From the human T2T-CHM13v2.0 reference genome, Homo sapiens, in NCBI RefSeq assembly GCF_009914755.1, contig NC_060947.1: DNA of 64,000 bases. The stretch is one strand, 5' to 3'. Positions 46,760-60,799 of the stretch are shown piece by piece. Below the pieces are notes generated by a model. It did not search any database. It worked only from the letters and a program-made list of their open reading frames with translations, and was not told the DNA's origin. A program made the translations under genes and the position numbers. How positions within the stretch are numbered: the stretch's first letter is position 1; every line of letters starts with the position of its first letter.

Positions 46760-47295
46760 TAATAAAAACAAAAGTCTTAAAATTATCTTACAATATCTTT
46801 TAGAGGTTTTTGAAAGAAAATTATAAAATCACGATTAAATATTTTGAGGCAGACAGCTTATGATTTAATCTCTGTTGGAAAGAATGACACTGAATAAAAC
46901 CACATTCTATTGCAGCATGGAATGTTAAAAATGTCAGTTTGGATGATTTTTATTAAGATAAATTGTTAGTGAAATAATTCTTTTGACGGGATTGTTTCCA
47001 TTTATTTAAATACAACTAGGGCGTTTAAATAAAAAATCCAAAACCTCAAGTGAACATAAGATTTTAAAGCATTTTGGGGGTGAGGGCTATGGAGGCATAA
47101 TTTTGGTATTACCAGTTTCGATTTAACTTAGGAACCACAACATATGGGAAAATATAATAGAAATCCTGGTTATATTCTTTCCTTTTGTGTAATTCATTGC
47201 ACCGATCATGTTTGATCAAAGTTATGAAACTCTAATAATATTGCTATCTATTTTTAAAACATGTATGTTTTTCTTCTTTTTAATCTTTGCTTTAG

Positions 47296-47436
<141 letters not shown>

Positions 47437-50400
47437 TAGCTTAAAGTGATAGTGCTACATCTACACATGTGCCATTAGTGGAAAAGTTGAGAATGATCAG
47501 TTATCAATATTGTGGAGATATTGTAGATATTATGAGTAAATAGGTGGAGCACACTCATAGGGAATTAGGAAAGTGAGAGTGGATTCAAAAGAATGTGGCT
47601 TATTTTATCGATTACTATGAATTGGCATGGATTCAATAGCAAAGCCTTGTATTTAGATTTCATTTTGTGGTAGGATTTTAAGTATTCTTATATAAACAGT
47701 GTTATTTAATTTTTTGCATGGAAATATTATTGTATCTTTGATGTTAACTTTTATTGTTACCATTTTGATGTCAGCTATACTTAGGGAAGATTCTTTTCAG
47801 GGTTGTACTCCAGCTGATTTGATGAATTGCTTGGAAGTATATAAAGAAAATACTAGTGTTATTGAAGAAAATGTCATGAGGAAGCACTAATATTTTAATA
47901 GGAAATATAGAGGTAAAGTAGGATGGTAATGAAAGGAACTACTAAATAGATTAATGTTGGCATTTATGAAAAACTTTACATGTTATCAGGCATCTTGGTT
48001 TGTAGTGGACTGTTGATAGTTCAATTGTATGGGACAATTGAATAAATACCATTATCAATGTGAAGTTGTATCTTGTCTAGTAAGTCACTAATAATATAAA
48101 GCCTTGCCATGCTCACACTATGTGGAGTCACATAATTTTTGAAGTTATAGCTTTTAGGTATGAAGGAAGATGAAGGGTATTGTGTTTTGTTGCTAGAATT
48201 AGAATGTATTGTCTGTTAGTTCTAGAGAGCCTGTGGGAAAAAGAAGATGAGATAATGTACAAGAGGTTGCAGTGTTGTGATATAAGCAATTGCATGGACA
48301 AAAGCATCTTTGGAGTTCAGAAAGGAAAGGGAATGAAAGGGCTGAGATGGGGCTGTGAAGCAAACATCTTAACCATGAGGTTAAAAGGCTTCAAACTCAC
48401 TTTGATGATATAACGAAAAAGCCCACATGCAGGGGAAATAGGGAGCAGCTCTGCTCTCGTGAGCCCCTCCTGGGGATAAAGTCTGAAGGGAAACTGGGGA
48501 GGGCATTGTGCATGGACAAAGGTTTGGTGCATGGTTGAAAGTTAAAAAAAAATACTGAGACTGTTGGTTCTAGCATATTTGGTTATTATACAGCTGTTGT
48601 ATCTGCCATTGATGTGGTTATAGGCAACGTGAAAAAAATACTGTTGTTATGTCTACACATTATTTCATCTCTTCTTCTCAGTGGATCTTCTGAATGAGAT
48701 AAAACCCTAGGGCAGGATTATGATGTTGTGGTTTATGTAATTCAAATGGGTTAATGGGAAATAACATATATCTTGATTTCTTTAATTGTACTATGCTCAA
48801 GTACAATTGAGCATAACCAAGAGAGTTAGAGTAGGTAGAAAGAGGGGTAAATAGTGATGAAAGCTGATAATTTTTACAACACTGATGTTTTCTGGAATAG
48901 AAATTTACATTAAAATCACTTAAGATAGGTTTTTGAGATAGTAGCTATATATAAGAGAAACACTCATTTGTGTAAGTATTATAACAAAATGACAATAGTT
49001 CATCCAAAATAGAAATATTGATTAATTCTTTAAAACTTTATTTTTCTGGTTATTACCACTAATTATATAAAATCTGTTTTTTTTTCAGTTCTTTCTGTGT
49101 ATGTCAGATCTATGATTTATTTATTCAAATAGAAATGTTACTCCTTTTTAATCATAAAGTAATGGTGATAGGTCCATTCTATATAACCTCTAATTTGGGG
49201 GCAAGAAATTTTATCAAACTGGGACTTACTTTGTGTGTTTGAGAAGCATGAGAGCAGAGCTAGAAACATGGGGCAGTTGGAAAATGCAAATTTAATATAA
49301 ATGCAAATATTAAAATGTCTCAAAAATCTATATTAAGTGATTTTAATGTAAATTCCTATTCTAGAAAACGTCATTGTTGTAAAAATTTTCTGCTCTAAAG
49401 ACCTGAGAAAACTCAAGAATCTGTCTCAAATTCAGTTTTATTTTAATTTTGTAATTATTTGAGAAGAATGGTAATAAGATGCTGTGCTAAGCTAAGCAGA
49501 AGTTCTGAGACCTTTCTCTCTTCAGTTTATGAATGCAGTTGTCACGTAATTATATAATACCTTCTAAACCAAATGTGTTTTCTATATTATAATGTAAAAA
49601 TGACAAGGCAGGTACTGGGATTTTGCAGCATGCCTGATTTGTTTACTTTTCTATATGATGTGAATTAACATACCTTCCTTCCCCTAGTGTCTATATTAAG
49701 ATCCAGATGGATGGAGGCTTGTTTGTTTGTTTGATTTTTGGATATTAAGTGTGCACTTTGGGAAGGAATAATATTATTCTATCCACATACTTTCATAGCT
49801 TGGACTGATTTCAGCTGATGTCTGTTCCTGTGGCACCTTTGTTTGAAGGAAGCAGATATGTAGCTTACTGAATAGTGTCATTACTCATCTCCATACATCA
49901 AGTAGAAGAGGAGTGTAGTTGGCATCTTTTCCTTGAAAGATTAATAGCTCAATCTTCATACCCAGCCCAACCTATAAAACCAGCAGCACCATGGCCAGGG
50001 GATAAAAATCAATTTTTGATGTTTGATTTTACGTATTAACCAAGAGGACTTCTTATCTTTCTTCTTTTGTCTTATCATTTAATTCTCTTTTGATTCTTTA
50101 TTTTATTCATCTTTTTGAAAGGTCAGTAAACATGACTCAAAACCCAATGCTTTTCATGTGTCTTTTACTAGAATATTATTTTTAGTTCACTGTGACCACT
50201 AGAAAACCAGAACTAGATATTTTAATAATTAGGAACATATACAATATTATATTACACAGAGAAATATTGATTTTTAATGGCATGTTAATTTTGTAGAGTG
50301 TTTACTTTAGATTAACACATATGGTCATTCCATAAAAGTAGATATTGTTTTCTCATTAACAGAACTAATTTGAAAGCAATAGGAGGTCTTATTACACAAG

Positions 50401-50481
50401 CTGGAAATGCATTATTTTTATCACATTGGCTTACAGTCCCATCGCTGTTAATTTAAGGAACAGATTAAATATAATAAGGCA

Positions 50482-50843
<362 letters not shown>

Positions 50844-53533
50844 TCATTATAACATTCTTGATTGAAATATTAAAATGCAACTTTATAACATTTTGTTTTA
50901 AATATCACTTCAGATATGTACAATATGTATGACAACTAAGGACTATATCTGGTCTCTCAGGTAAAGTCCTAAAGTTGTGCCTACATTTAGAATGAAGACT
51001 TTTAATATCTATGGAAGCACATATTCAGCATTCGTTACACAATAGATTTTATCCTGGGACAATTTCATACCTATTTTTTTTAGTTTTTATAAGTAGCACT
51101 TGATGAAAGAGGCTAAGATGACCAATATTACCAATCCCCGTCAAGCATGTGAAATATTATAGCAATTCAGTAAGTAAACATCTCGGTTGCTGTCATTTTT
51201 AGAATTCTGAAAAAAAATCCCCCACATGTAAAGCAAACGCTTGCTTGGAGAATCTTTGTATCTCAACCAGTTGAGGAAATTTAGCTTTACATTCTTGTTT
51301 GTTGGTCCCTTTCTTCATTCCTTCCTCCCTTCTTTCCCTTTTTGTTCTTTCCTTCCTTCCTTCCTTTCTTCCTCCCTTCCTTCTTCTCTGCTAGTATATT
51401 TATCTGCAAATAAAAATAATTTATTTTCATATTCCCACTGTGTCTTGGTAGGACTTTTCAAACTATAAAAATATTATTATTACTTTGTCTGCATGGTTGA
51501 AGTATTTGAAATATTCTATCTTTACAAGGCCATTCAAAGAGGTTAGCATAGTCTTTGTTAATAATAGCTATTCTTAAATATATACATTTTAAAATGGTGT
51601 ATAAGAAAATCTGCAGTAAGATTTGGGAGCAGGGAAATAGTATAAATAGTTGAAGGACTGTTATGGACAAAGTATGACTATAGCACTTTGCGGGGACTAA
51701 AGTGTGAGTTGTAATTTGCCTGAAAAGTTTGGGATACTGAAGAAAAATGAAGCTAGAGGGGTCTGGATGTAGAAATTAGGTAAGAGAAGGGGTTCCATGA
51801 TGTTTTTCTCTCAAAAACATCCTCAGAATATAAGATGGTGAGTGCAAGGACCATGATTAATGTATGCTTATAATCTCTACAGTGCCAAATATGCTGTTTC
51901 AGAGTCAGGGTTCAAGGAAATGTCTTAATGACTTAATGACTTAATGACTGCATGAATGGTTGAGTGAGTGGTTTTAATAATCAGAGTTACATCAGTGAGG
52001 ATGCTACAGGACCAAAACGATATTAGAAAGATAAAGGTAAAATTAAATAGAGGCATTTAAGAAAAATGATTTTTTTTTCTTAAAGAGCAATCAGTATAAT
52101 GTATAATGTGAGACTACTGAAGCAAAAGATATAACCCGGAATAAGCAATATCTAGGACATAATAAGGGTTTAGATGAAGACAATGAACCTTTACAAATGG
52201 GGAGTGTTTTCATGGGCTTGAAATGCAGTTCAAAATCTGTTAAAGGGTAAGGAAAATGATTCTTCGAGTATTTTTCTATTGGAATTCTACTACGTTTAGT
52301 GCCGCTTTAAAGAAGTACTAATGTCATTGTGCAGAATTTTGAATTTAATGGTATTGTTCCATAATGGCCATTATGAAAAGGCTGTAGCTCATGATTACTA
52401 ATACAGGATAAATAAGCAAGTGACTTCAGTATAGGAAAAAAGTATTCACAGTTATTAGACCATATGGAGAAGAGTAAGTGGCTGCATTACCAAAAAGCAC
52501 GTTATTTTAGGAGGAATTTCATCTATATAAAAGCTCCCTAAAGCATCCAGCTATTAGAGAGTAAAAGGGTTACCAAAAGGAGTTGATCTTCTCTTCATTC
52601 TAGAACCTGACAGGGGACACCTGTTTGTGTAAATGATTTAGATGCAATTCTTCTAGACAGCAAGAGGAAGGCAAGCCTCAAAAGGTTTTCCTAAACTTGT
52701 GACTCTAGGCCCAAATAATTTATAAAAGGTAAGAGTAGTCAAATAACCAAAGACACAGTTTCAGTTCTAATTTTTGTGTTGTTATGTATGGATATTCATT
52801 TAAGTAAAAGAAATTATACTACTGTGTAAAGAAAGCGAGATTTAACTGAATAGGAATGAGAAAGTCTAGTGGGGGTACTTCCATCTCATGTCAATGTGAT
52901 TTATGTGCAGCTGCTCTCTTGAGCATTCCTGTAAGTCAATGAGCTTAATTTCACATGATTAAGAGACAACCTAGTCCCCCAGCATCTGCCTTTTATTATG
53001 TTACCATGTGTTTATTCTCAGTTTGTCAAATATGTCAAAAAAGATAAGGTGTTTCTCCTTATTTTCCTTTGGGGTAGCTTATAAGACCAAACTTCTGGGA
53101 CTTTGTTTCTTTACCTTTTGAAGTTAAAAAAAATGCACTTTAATTTTTTCTCAGGAAAAAAAATTCTCCTATTTATTGTAATTTTTACAAATTTTGAAAT
53201 TAGATCTAGAGTAATTTTAATATTCCTTTGAAATTATGTCCTTAAATAAAATAATAAGTCTAATAAAAATGGAACTTGCACCTAACAAACAAAATAAAAT
53301 TAGCCAATGTCTTTGTTTAGTTATATCTATGTTCTGTTATACCTATATTCTGTTATACCTATGAATTTCCCCACAAACTTACCCATTCAGTTTTAGTTGT
53401 CAGTATAATTTTATATAGAGTTGGCACAGATGAATACCAATTGTGGAAAATGATGCCTGCTTCATGGTGAGTTAAGGATAAAAGGCAGTATGAATGAATC
53501 TTCCAAGTTGACTAAGACTTCAATGAGGAGGAG

Positions 53534-53725
53534 AATATTCCAAGTTAATAAGTATAGTATTCCAAGTTAATCCAACTTATTAACTTGGAATTCAAACTAA
53601 TTAACTTGGAATATTATTATTATTAGTTGTATTAGTATTCCAACTTATTAACTTGTATTCCAACTTATTACTTATTATTGCTTATAATAAGTAATAATAT
53701 TCAAAGTATCATAAGTATATAAGTG
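53534..53725. repeat. Mosaic of direct and inverted copies of tattccaagttaataagt
   Basis: At least six partial copies in both orientations. Confidence 0.85.
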
Positions 53726-53856
53726 TGGTACTGTATTATGAGGGTACAAAATAATATATTGTTCTATGTATTTGATGGGAGAGGTGAGGAATAGAGGGAA
53801 GCAGTATAGAAGCTGGCAAATGGTAGGCAATATAAGTTTGTTAGAGAAATGATGTT

Positions 53857-56159
53857 CGTATTATTCCATTTTCATGCTGCTGATAAAGACATACCTGAGA
53901 CTGGGCAATTTATAAAATAAAGAGGTTTAATTGGGCTTTCCATATGGCTGGGGAAGCCTCACAATCATGGCGGAAGGCAAGGAGAAGCAAGTCATGTCTT
54001 ACATGGATGGCAGCAGGCAAAAAGAGAGCTTGTGCAGGGAAATTCCCGTTTTCAAAACCATCAGATCTTGTAGGACTCATTCACTCTCATGAGAACAGTG
54101 CAGGAAAGGTCTGCCCCCATAATTTAATCACCTCCCACTGGGTTCCTCCCATGACAGGTGGGAATTGTGGGAGTTACAGTTTAAGGTGAGAGTTGGGTGG
54201 GGACACAACCAAACCATATCATTCCACCCCGGCCCCTCCCAGATTTCATGTCCTCACATTTCAAAACCAGTCATGCCATCACAACAGTCCCCCAAAGTCT
54301 TCACTCATTTCAGCATTAACTCAGAAGTCCACAGTCCAATGTCTCATTTGAGACAAGTCAAGTCCCTTCGGCCTATGAGCCTGTAAAATCAAAAACAAGT
54401 TAGTTACTTCCTAGATACAATGGGGGTACAAGCATTGGGTAAATACAGGCATTCCAAATGGGAGAAATTGGCCAAAACAAAGGGACTACAGGCCCCATGC
54501 AAGTCCAAAATCTAGCAGGGCAGTCAAATCTTAAAGCTTCAAAATGATCTCTTTTGACTCCATGTCTTGCTCATCTGGGTCATGCTGATGGAAGAGGTGG
54601 GTTCCCATGGTCTTGACAGCTCTACCCCCGTGGCTTTGCAGGGTACAGCCTCCCTCCCAGCTGCTTTCACGGGCTAGTGTTGAGTGTCTGTGGCTTTTCC
54701 AGGCACACAATGCAAGCTGTCGGTGGGTCTACCATTCTGGAGTCTTGAGGATGGTGGCCCCCTTCTTACAGCTCCACTAGGCAGTGCCCCAGTAGGGACT
54801 CTGTGCGGGGGCTCTGGCCCCACATTTCTCTTCTGCATTGCCCTAGCAATGATTCTCCATGAGAGCCCCACCCTTACACCAAACTTCTGCCTGGGCATCC
54901 AGGCATTTCCATACATTTTCTGAAATCTAGGTGGAGGTCACCAAACTTCAATTCTTGACTTCCGTGCACTGCCAGGCTCAACACCATGTGGAAGCCACCA
55001 AGGCTTGGGGCTTGTACCCTCTGAAGCAACAGCCTGAGCTCTGTGTTGGTCCCTTTCAGCCACAGCTGGAGCAGCTGGGACATAGGGCACCAGGTCCCTA
55101 GACTGCACACAGCAGGAGGACCCTGGGCCCAGCCCATGAAATCACATTTTCCTCCTAAACCTCTGGGCCTATGATGGTGGGGGACTGCTATGAAAACCTC
55201 TGACATACCCTGGAGACATTTTCCCCACTGTCTCGGGGATTAACATTCGGTTCCTCATTACTTATGCAAATTTCTGCAGCCAGCTTGAATTTCTCCTCAA
55301 AAAATGGGATTTTCTTTTCTATCACATTGTCAGGCTGCAAATTTTCCAAACTTTTATGCTCTGCTTCCCTCATAAAACTGAATGCCTTTAACAGCACCCA
55401 AGTCACCTCTTGAACACTTTGCTGCTTAGAAATTTCTTCCGCTAGATACCCTAAATCATCTCTCTCAAGTTCAAAGTTCTACAAATCTCTAGGGCAGGGG
55501 CAAAATGCTGCCAGTCTCTTTGCTAAAACATAACAAGAGTCACCTTTGCTCCAGTTCCCAACAAGTTCCTCATCTCCATCTCAGAACGCCTCAGCCCGGA
55601 CCTTATTGTTCATATCACTGTCAGCATTTTTGTCAAAGTCATTCAGCAAGTCTCTAGGAAGTTCTAAACTTTCCCACCTTTTCCTGTCTTCTTCTGAATC
55701 CTCCAAACTGTTCCAACCTCTGCCTGTTACCCAGTTCCAAAGTCGCTTCTGCATTTTCCGGTATCTTTTCAGCAATGCCCTACTCCTGGTACCAATTTAC
55801 TGTGTTAGCCTGTTTTCATGCTGCTGATAAGGACATACCTGAGACCAAGAAGAAAAAAAGGTTTAATTGGACTTACAGTTCCACATGGCTGGGGAAGCCT
55901 CACAATCGTGGTGGAAGGCAAGGAGTATGTCACATCTTACATGGATGGCAGCAGGCAAAAAGAGAGCTTGTGTAGGGAAATTCCCATTTTTAAAACCATC
56001 AGATCTCATGTGACTCATTCACTGTCAGAAGAACAGTGCAGGAAAGACCCACCCCCATAATTCCATCACGTCCCACCAGATTCCTCCCATGACAGGTGGG
56101 AATTGTGGGAGTTACAATTCAAGATGAGATTTGGGTGGGGACACAGCCAAACCATATCA
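53857..56159 (-). mobile_element. Full-length THE1 (MaLR; B/C-like): LTR 53857-54221, internal 54222-55800, LTR 55801-56159
   Basis: Two ~360-bp LTRs ending aaaccatatca; THE1-internal sequence between them; 5-bp TSD atgtt (53852-53856 / 56160-56164). Confidence 0.95.
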
Positions 56160-56286
56160 ATGTTTATTGTAGAGATAGCATACAGGCATTCACTGCTAGG
56201 ACCAGAGGATTAACCCCTGATCCACTGGTGGTCAACTATAGGCTTGCACGTGATCCATAAGGTGGCTTGGAAATTAGGGACACTGG

Positions 56287-56610
56287 TGTATCAGTATCTT
56301 ACTGATGTTTTAACAAATTGCTACAAATATAGTGACTTAAAGCAACACAAATTTATTATCTTACAGTTCTTGAGGTTCTTTATCATCACATCTCCTCTGA
56401 CTCTGACCCTTCTACCTCTCTCTTTCCCTTATAAGGGTCTTCATTATTATATTGGGCATCCTCAGATAACCCAGGACAATCATTTCATCTTAAAATCATG
56501 AATTTAATCAAATTGGAAACGTACCTTTTGCCATGTAATATGACATAGTCATATGCTTCAGGGATGAGGCAGTAGACATCTTTCTAGAGAACATTATTTA
56601 GCTTACTGCA
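56287..56610 (-). mobile_element. MLT1 LTR, internally deleted
   Basis: gacttaaagcaacacaaatttattatcttacagttct...cagataacccaggacaatc. Confidence 0.75.
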
Positions 56611-57929
56611 ACTGGCAATTAGCCAATTCAAACAAACTGTCTATTGAATGCGTTGAAGACTAGAGCAAGAATTGTCAGCCAGGAGCCAGATGGGAATGGA
56701 AGAGAAAAGAACAGGGAAGTTGAAAACTTTTGCTGAAGGGCCTGTGCAATCCATGGTGCATGATAAAAGGTGCAGAGGGTTTGTAGCAAAAGAAGAAAAG
56801 GGAAAGAAAACAGGGCAGAGGGAAAGGAAGGATGAGAGATGCGGAAGGAGAAAGAGGAAACTGATACTAGTGATGCTTTGGATCTTAAGAACATTTTAAG
56901 ATTAATCTGCACTCCACACATATACTTTCAAAAATACCCCCTTTTCTTTGTGGTAGGCTAAAGGCGTCTGTGTTCCTTTCAACAAAGTAATACCTGACCT
57001 GAAAATGATTTCCAGACGTAAAGTAATAGCAGTGAGAATAGTGAAGACAGAAGAGAGAGCAATTTTAAAGTTAGACTCAATTGAAATAGATGATCAATTA
57101 GATGTGAGAGGTTATAAAGAAAGAGGTAAAGAAAAACATTCTGTAATGAGAGGATTGGGATACCATCCATCATATTAAAGGTCCCCAAAGCACAGAAACT
57201 TGAAATGACTACTTATTGAAGGAAAATAGTAAGGTCTTTGTGACTAAGATGAAGCCCCAAATGTAGATTGAGGATAGAATATGAGGGATTTTGAATATCT
57301 TGCAAGGAATTTTAGATTTTATCTTGAGAACAAAATATTTTGGCTGAGATATTTAATAACTTTGCAAATCCCTTTAGTAGAAAATTCAGTCTGGGTGGTT
57401 GGGCCTCTGATTTGATAGATCTGTTCATTGTGGTGTCTTCTCTACACCATAAAGATGAAACTTCTTGCTTTGTGTATGATGGTGTTACACACATTTGTGA
57501 GTCCATCAGTAAAGCTGCCTTTGCAGAGAAGGGAAGACACACAATCAAACTATGTAGGATCATACATGAAAATGGCATGGTCAAACCTGGTGTTTGACAT
57601 GTAACACTCCCTGTAGAAAAGACTAGGGTGGGATTCCAGAATGACCAGTAAGGGACTCGATAAAAATCGTATTTACATATACTGAGGGCCTGAAAAGCAA
57701 TCAAAGGCACTGAAAATAAATTTCTGAAGAATATATAGGATCTAGTGAGTGTTTGGAGATGAATTGTGAAATAATTCGAGGAGAGGTTATATTGATGGTG
57801 TCGCCAATTACAGAGAGAAGATGAATGGCAATTTTTGCGGGGAGAGTGGATGGAATGAAGTCAATTCGGAACATACAAGCTGTGGTAGTCACTGGAAGTA
57901 TTGAGCTAATGGATTTATTGGTCTGGAAT

Positions 57930-58359
57930 TGTACTAGTTTCCTGTGGCTTCTGTAACAAATTGTCACAAACTGGGTGACCTAAAACAATAAAATTTATTG
58001 TCTCACAGTTCTGGAGGCCAGAAGCCCGAAATCAAAGTATAAGCAGGGCTACACTTCTTCTGAAGGCTCTGTGACAGAAAACTTCCTTGCCTCTTCCACC
58101 TTCTGGTGGCTTCAGTTTTCCTTGGGTTGTAGCTGCTACCATCTTCACATGGCCTTCCCCTCTGTGTCTTTAATCTCCTTCTGCTTTTCTCTTATAAGGA
58201 CACCTGTCATTGGATTTAGGATCCACTGGGAAAATCCAGCATGATCTCATTTTGAGATCTGTAACCTTAATTACATCCACAAAGATTCTTTATCCAAATA
58301 AATTCATATGCACAGGTCTTGGCGGACATATCTTTTGGGGGACCACTGTTCACACTGCA
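57930..58359 (-). mobile_element. MLT1C-like solo LTR
   Basis: tgtactagtttcctgtggct...cacagttctggaggccagaag...ataaggacacctgtcattggatttagg. Confidence 0.85.
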
Positions 58360-58822
58360 AATGTCAAAGCAAGAGGTATGGATTTTGAAATTGTCCTCAT
58401 ATTGAGAGCAACATGATGGAATGAGATTATCCAGGGAAAACATGCAGAGAGAGAAGAGGAAAAGAAAAGGGAAAGGGTGAGGATCAAGGATTCTGTGGAA
58501 CACTAGCCCTGAAGAGGCTGGCAGAGAAAGAGCAGCCAGTCAGGGAAAGAGACTAAGGGAAAGCTAAGGGAGGAAGAAAGAGACCTTACTTGTTTTGGTT
58601 CCTGCAAACCAAGAGTGGAGAAAGTTTCAAAATGAAAGAATGATCATGTTACATTCTTTGGAAAGTTGTGTCAGATAACTGAAAATACGTCATTAAATGA
58701 AGATTCAGGAAAATGTAGGGGTGGAGAGACAACGGAGTCTGAAAGAAGTTGATGTCAGGTTTTAAAAAGTATATATTGTACAAAATCAGTATATTAAAGG
58801 GCCTTTGCATATTAAAGGGATT

Positions 58823-58825
<3 letters not shown>

Positions 58826-58869
<44 letters not shown>

Positions 58870-59154
58870 TTTTGAGACAGAGTCTTGCCCTGTCGCCCAG
58901 GCTGGAGTGCAATGGTGTGACCTCGGCTCACTGCAACCTCCACCTCCAGAGTTCAAATGATTCTCCTACCTCAGCCTCCTGAGTAGCTGAGATTACAGGC
59001 ACCCGCCACCATGCCCAGCTAATTTTTGTATTCTTAGTAGAGACAGGGTTTCACCATGTTGGCCAGGGTGGTCTCGAACTCCTGACCTCGTAATCCGCCC
59101 CTGCTTGGCCTCCCAAAGTGCTGGGATTACAGGCGTGAGCCACCACACCTGGCC
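58826..59154 (-). mobile_element. AluS (Sg-like) with (TTTA)n tail
   Basis: gagacagagtcttgccctgtcgccc...cacacctggcc; TSD agggatttta. Confidence 0.95.
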
Positions 59155-59630
59155 AGGGATTTTACTTTTTAAAGTTTGTTTAACTGTTTAGAAATTATGC
59201 TTTTTCTATTTAGGTAAAACGAGTATAAAACTTGTGGTCATCCATGCTAATGAAAAGAATTGTACATTAGTACAGATATAATAGTATAGATAAAATTTTT
59301 TCCAATCAAAAACTTCTTTTTTTTTCCAATCAAAAACTTCTTTTAGCAAGAATTAAAACATGTTTTGCCATAGATAAACCTCCTGAAGGAAGGGTGATAC
59401 TGATTTAATTTTCGTTTTTTCATTTCATAAATACAGATATGGAAGATAGCTTACAAGTGTATTATAATTTTCCACGGTTAATCTTCATGTTAAGTATCGT
59501 AAGTTCCAGGAAAGGTCTACAGACAGCTAATATTTACACTCCAACTTTCATTCACAGTGATGATCACAAAAATTACATCTTTTTAGTTAGTATCTCAGAA
59601 GTGGCTTACATTAATCTGATGAGTATTATA

Positions 59631-59710
59631 TTAGGTTGGTGCAAAAGTAATTGCAATTTTTGCCATTACTTTCAATGGCAAAAACCGCAATTAGTTTTGC
59701 ACCTACCTTA
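59631..59710. mobile_element. MADE1 (Hsmar1-derived 80-bp MITE)
   Basis: ttaggttggtgcaaaagtaattgc...gcaattagttttgcacctacctta, palindromic, with TA on both sides. Confidence 0.93.
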
Positions 59711-60786
59711 TAATACCCACAGCAGTGGAAATTAAAACACTTGGGTTTCAATGCAGCTGCTAACGAGCCTTGTTGATTGGGAACATGTCCCTAACTGAAG
59801 CTGTCATATCTTTGGTTTCCTTTTTCATAAAGTTTTGCACTACAACATTGTCCATACAAATAATAGTTCATCTTTTTGTTCCTTTCACAAATATTTATTG
59901 AGCACTTTCAATGCATACTAAGTATATACCTGACACTTTTTTCTGTAACTTATTTTACATGTTTGCAAATTGATCACACGTTTAAAAAGGCAGAGTTTGT
60001 GACCAGAGTACCTGAGGCCCATTGTTAGCTACATTTAACTTTGTGCTATACAGTTTGAGTCAGCACTACAGAGTGGAGGATGTTATTAGCTTAAAACAAA
60101 GGTTCTGTTAAGAGAAAAAAAAATTAGTTTTTATTTCTTTTTAAATAGCACACAGTATATCATTAGAAAGCCAAATTAAAAATAAGATACTTCTCCTTGC
60201 ATGTGGTGATGTGATTAAGTAAAATTTGGTTTGTCAGTTTCAAATACCAAACCATGTTTTAGTCTATTTTTGCTTATTTAAGGCAAATTTCTTTTTGTAG
60301 AGTTATGGTCTCTTAAGACATCTATGCAAGACACCTTGCATGGGAAATGTTGCCTTAAGGCGATGACAGTGAATAACTTTGCCAAGTTTTAAAATCTCTG
60401 AGGGTTATATATAAATATTTCTTCAAAAAATGTCAGTGAGCCTCTTGTGAGTATTCTCAACACTATTCAATTGTCATTTATGTTTTACTAACTGTACTAA
60501 AATATTTCCAAATTAGTTTTGCTACCTTGAGCTCAATAAAGTACTGCCATTGGCATCTTACTTTAAGTTCTTAATGCATATTCCACTTATTTTGTATTCC
60601 AAATATTATGTTGTAAATAGTAAAGAAAAATTATTCTTATCAATGATGAAGAAAGATTTTCATACTCTGGTGCATTAATATTTTTCTGAAATATATTGTC
60701 ATATCAGAAAAAATGCAACTATCTGAAAAGAGGATTCTTCCAATTTTTTCTATAAATATGTTCTATAAAGCAATTGTACTCTCCAA

Positions 60787-60799
60787 TGCCATCTTGTGG
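60787..60799 (-). promoter_or_regulatory. Candidate CTCF core motif
   Basis: tgccatcttgtgg = CCACAAGATGGCA on minus strand; motif match only. Confidence 0.35.

Noticed and set aside
53534-53725. Possible CRISPR-like repeat array
   Set aside because: Mixed orientations, no regular unique spacers, human intronic context.
53944-56060. Cluster of ORFs with higher GC
   Set aside because: All lie within the THE1 element and are short and interrupted.
59296-59345. Short tandem duplications (also 27213-27244, 53331-53361, 51923-51948)
   Set aside because: Ordinary slippage events.
60270-60375. Acceptor-like ttctttttgtag suggesting a cryptic exon (also near 61692)
   Set aside because: No convincing downstream donor and no IL1RAPL1 coding match.
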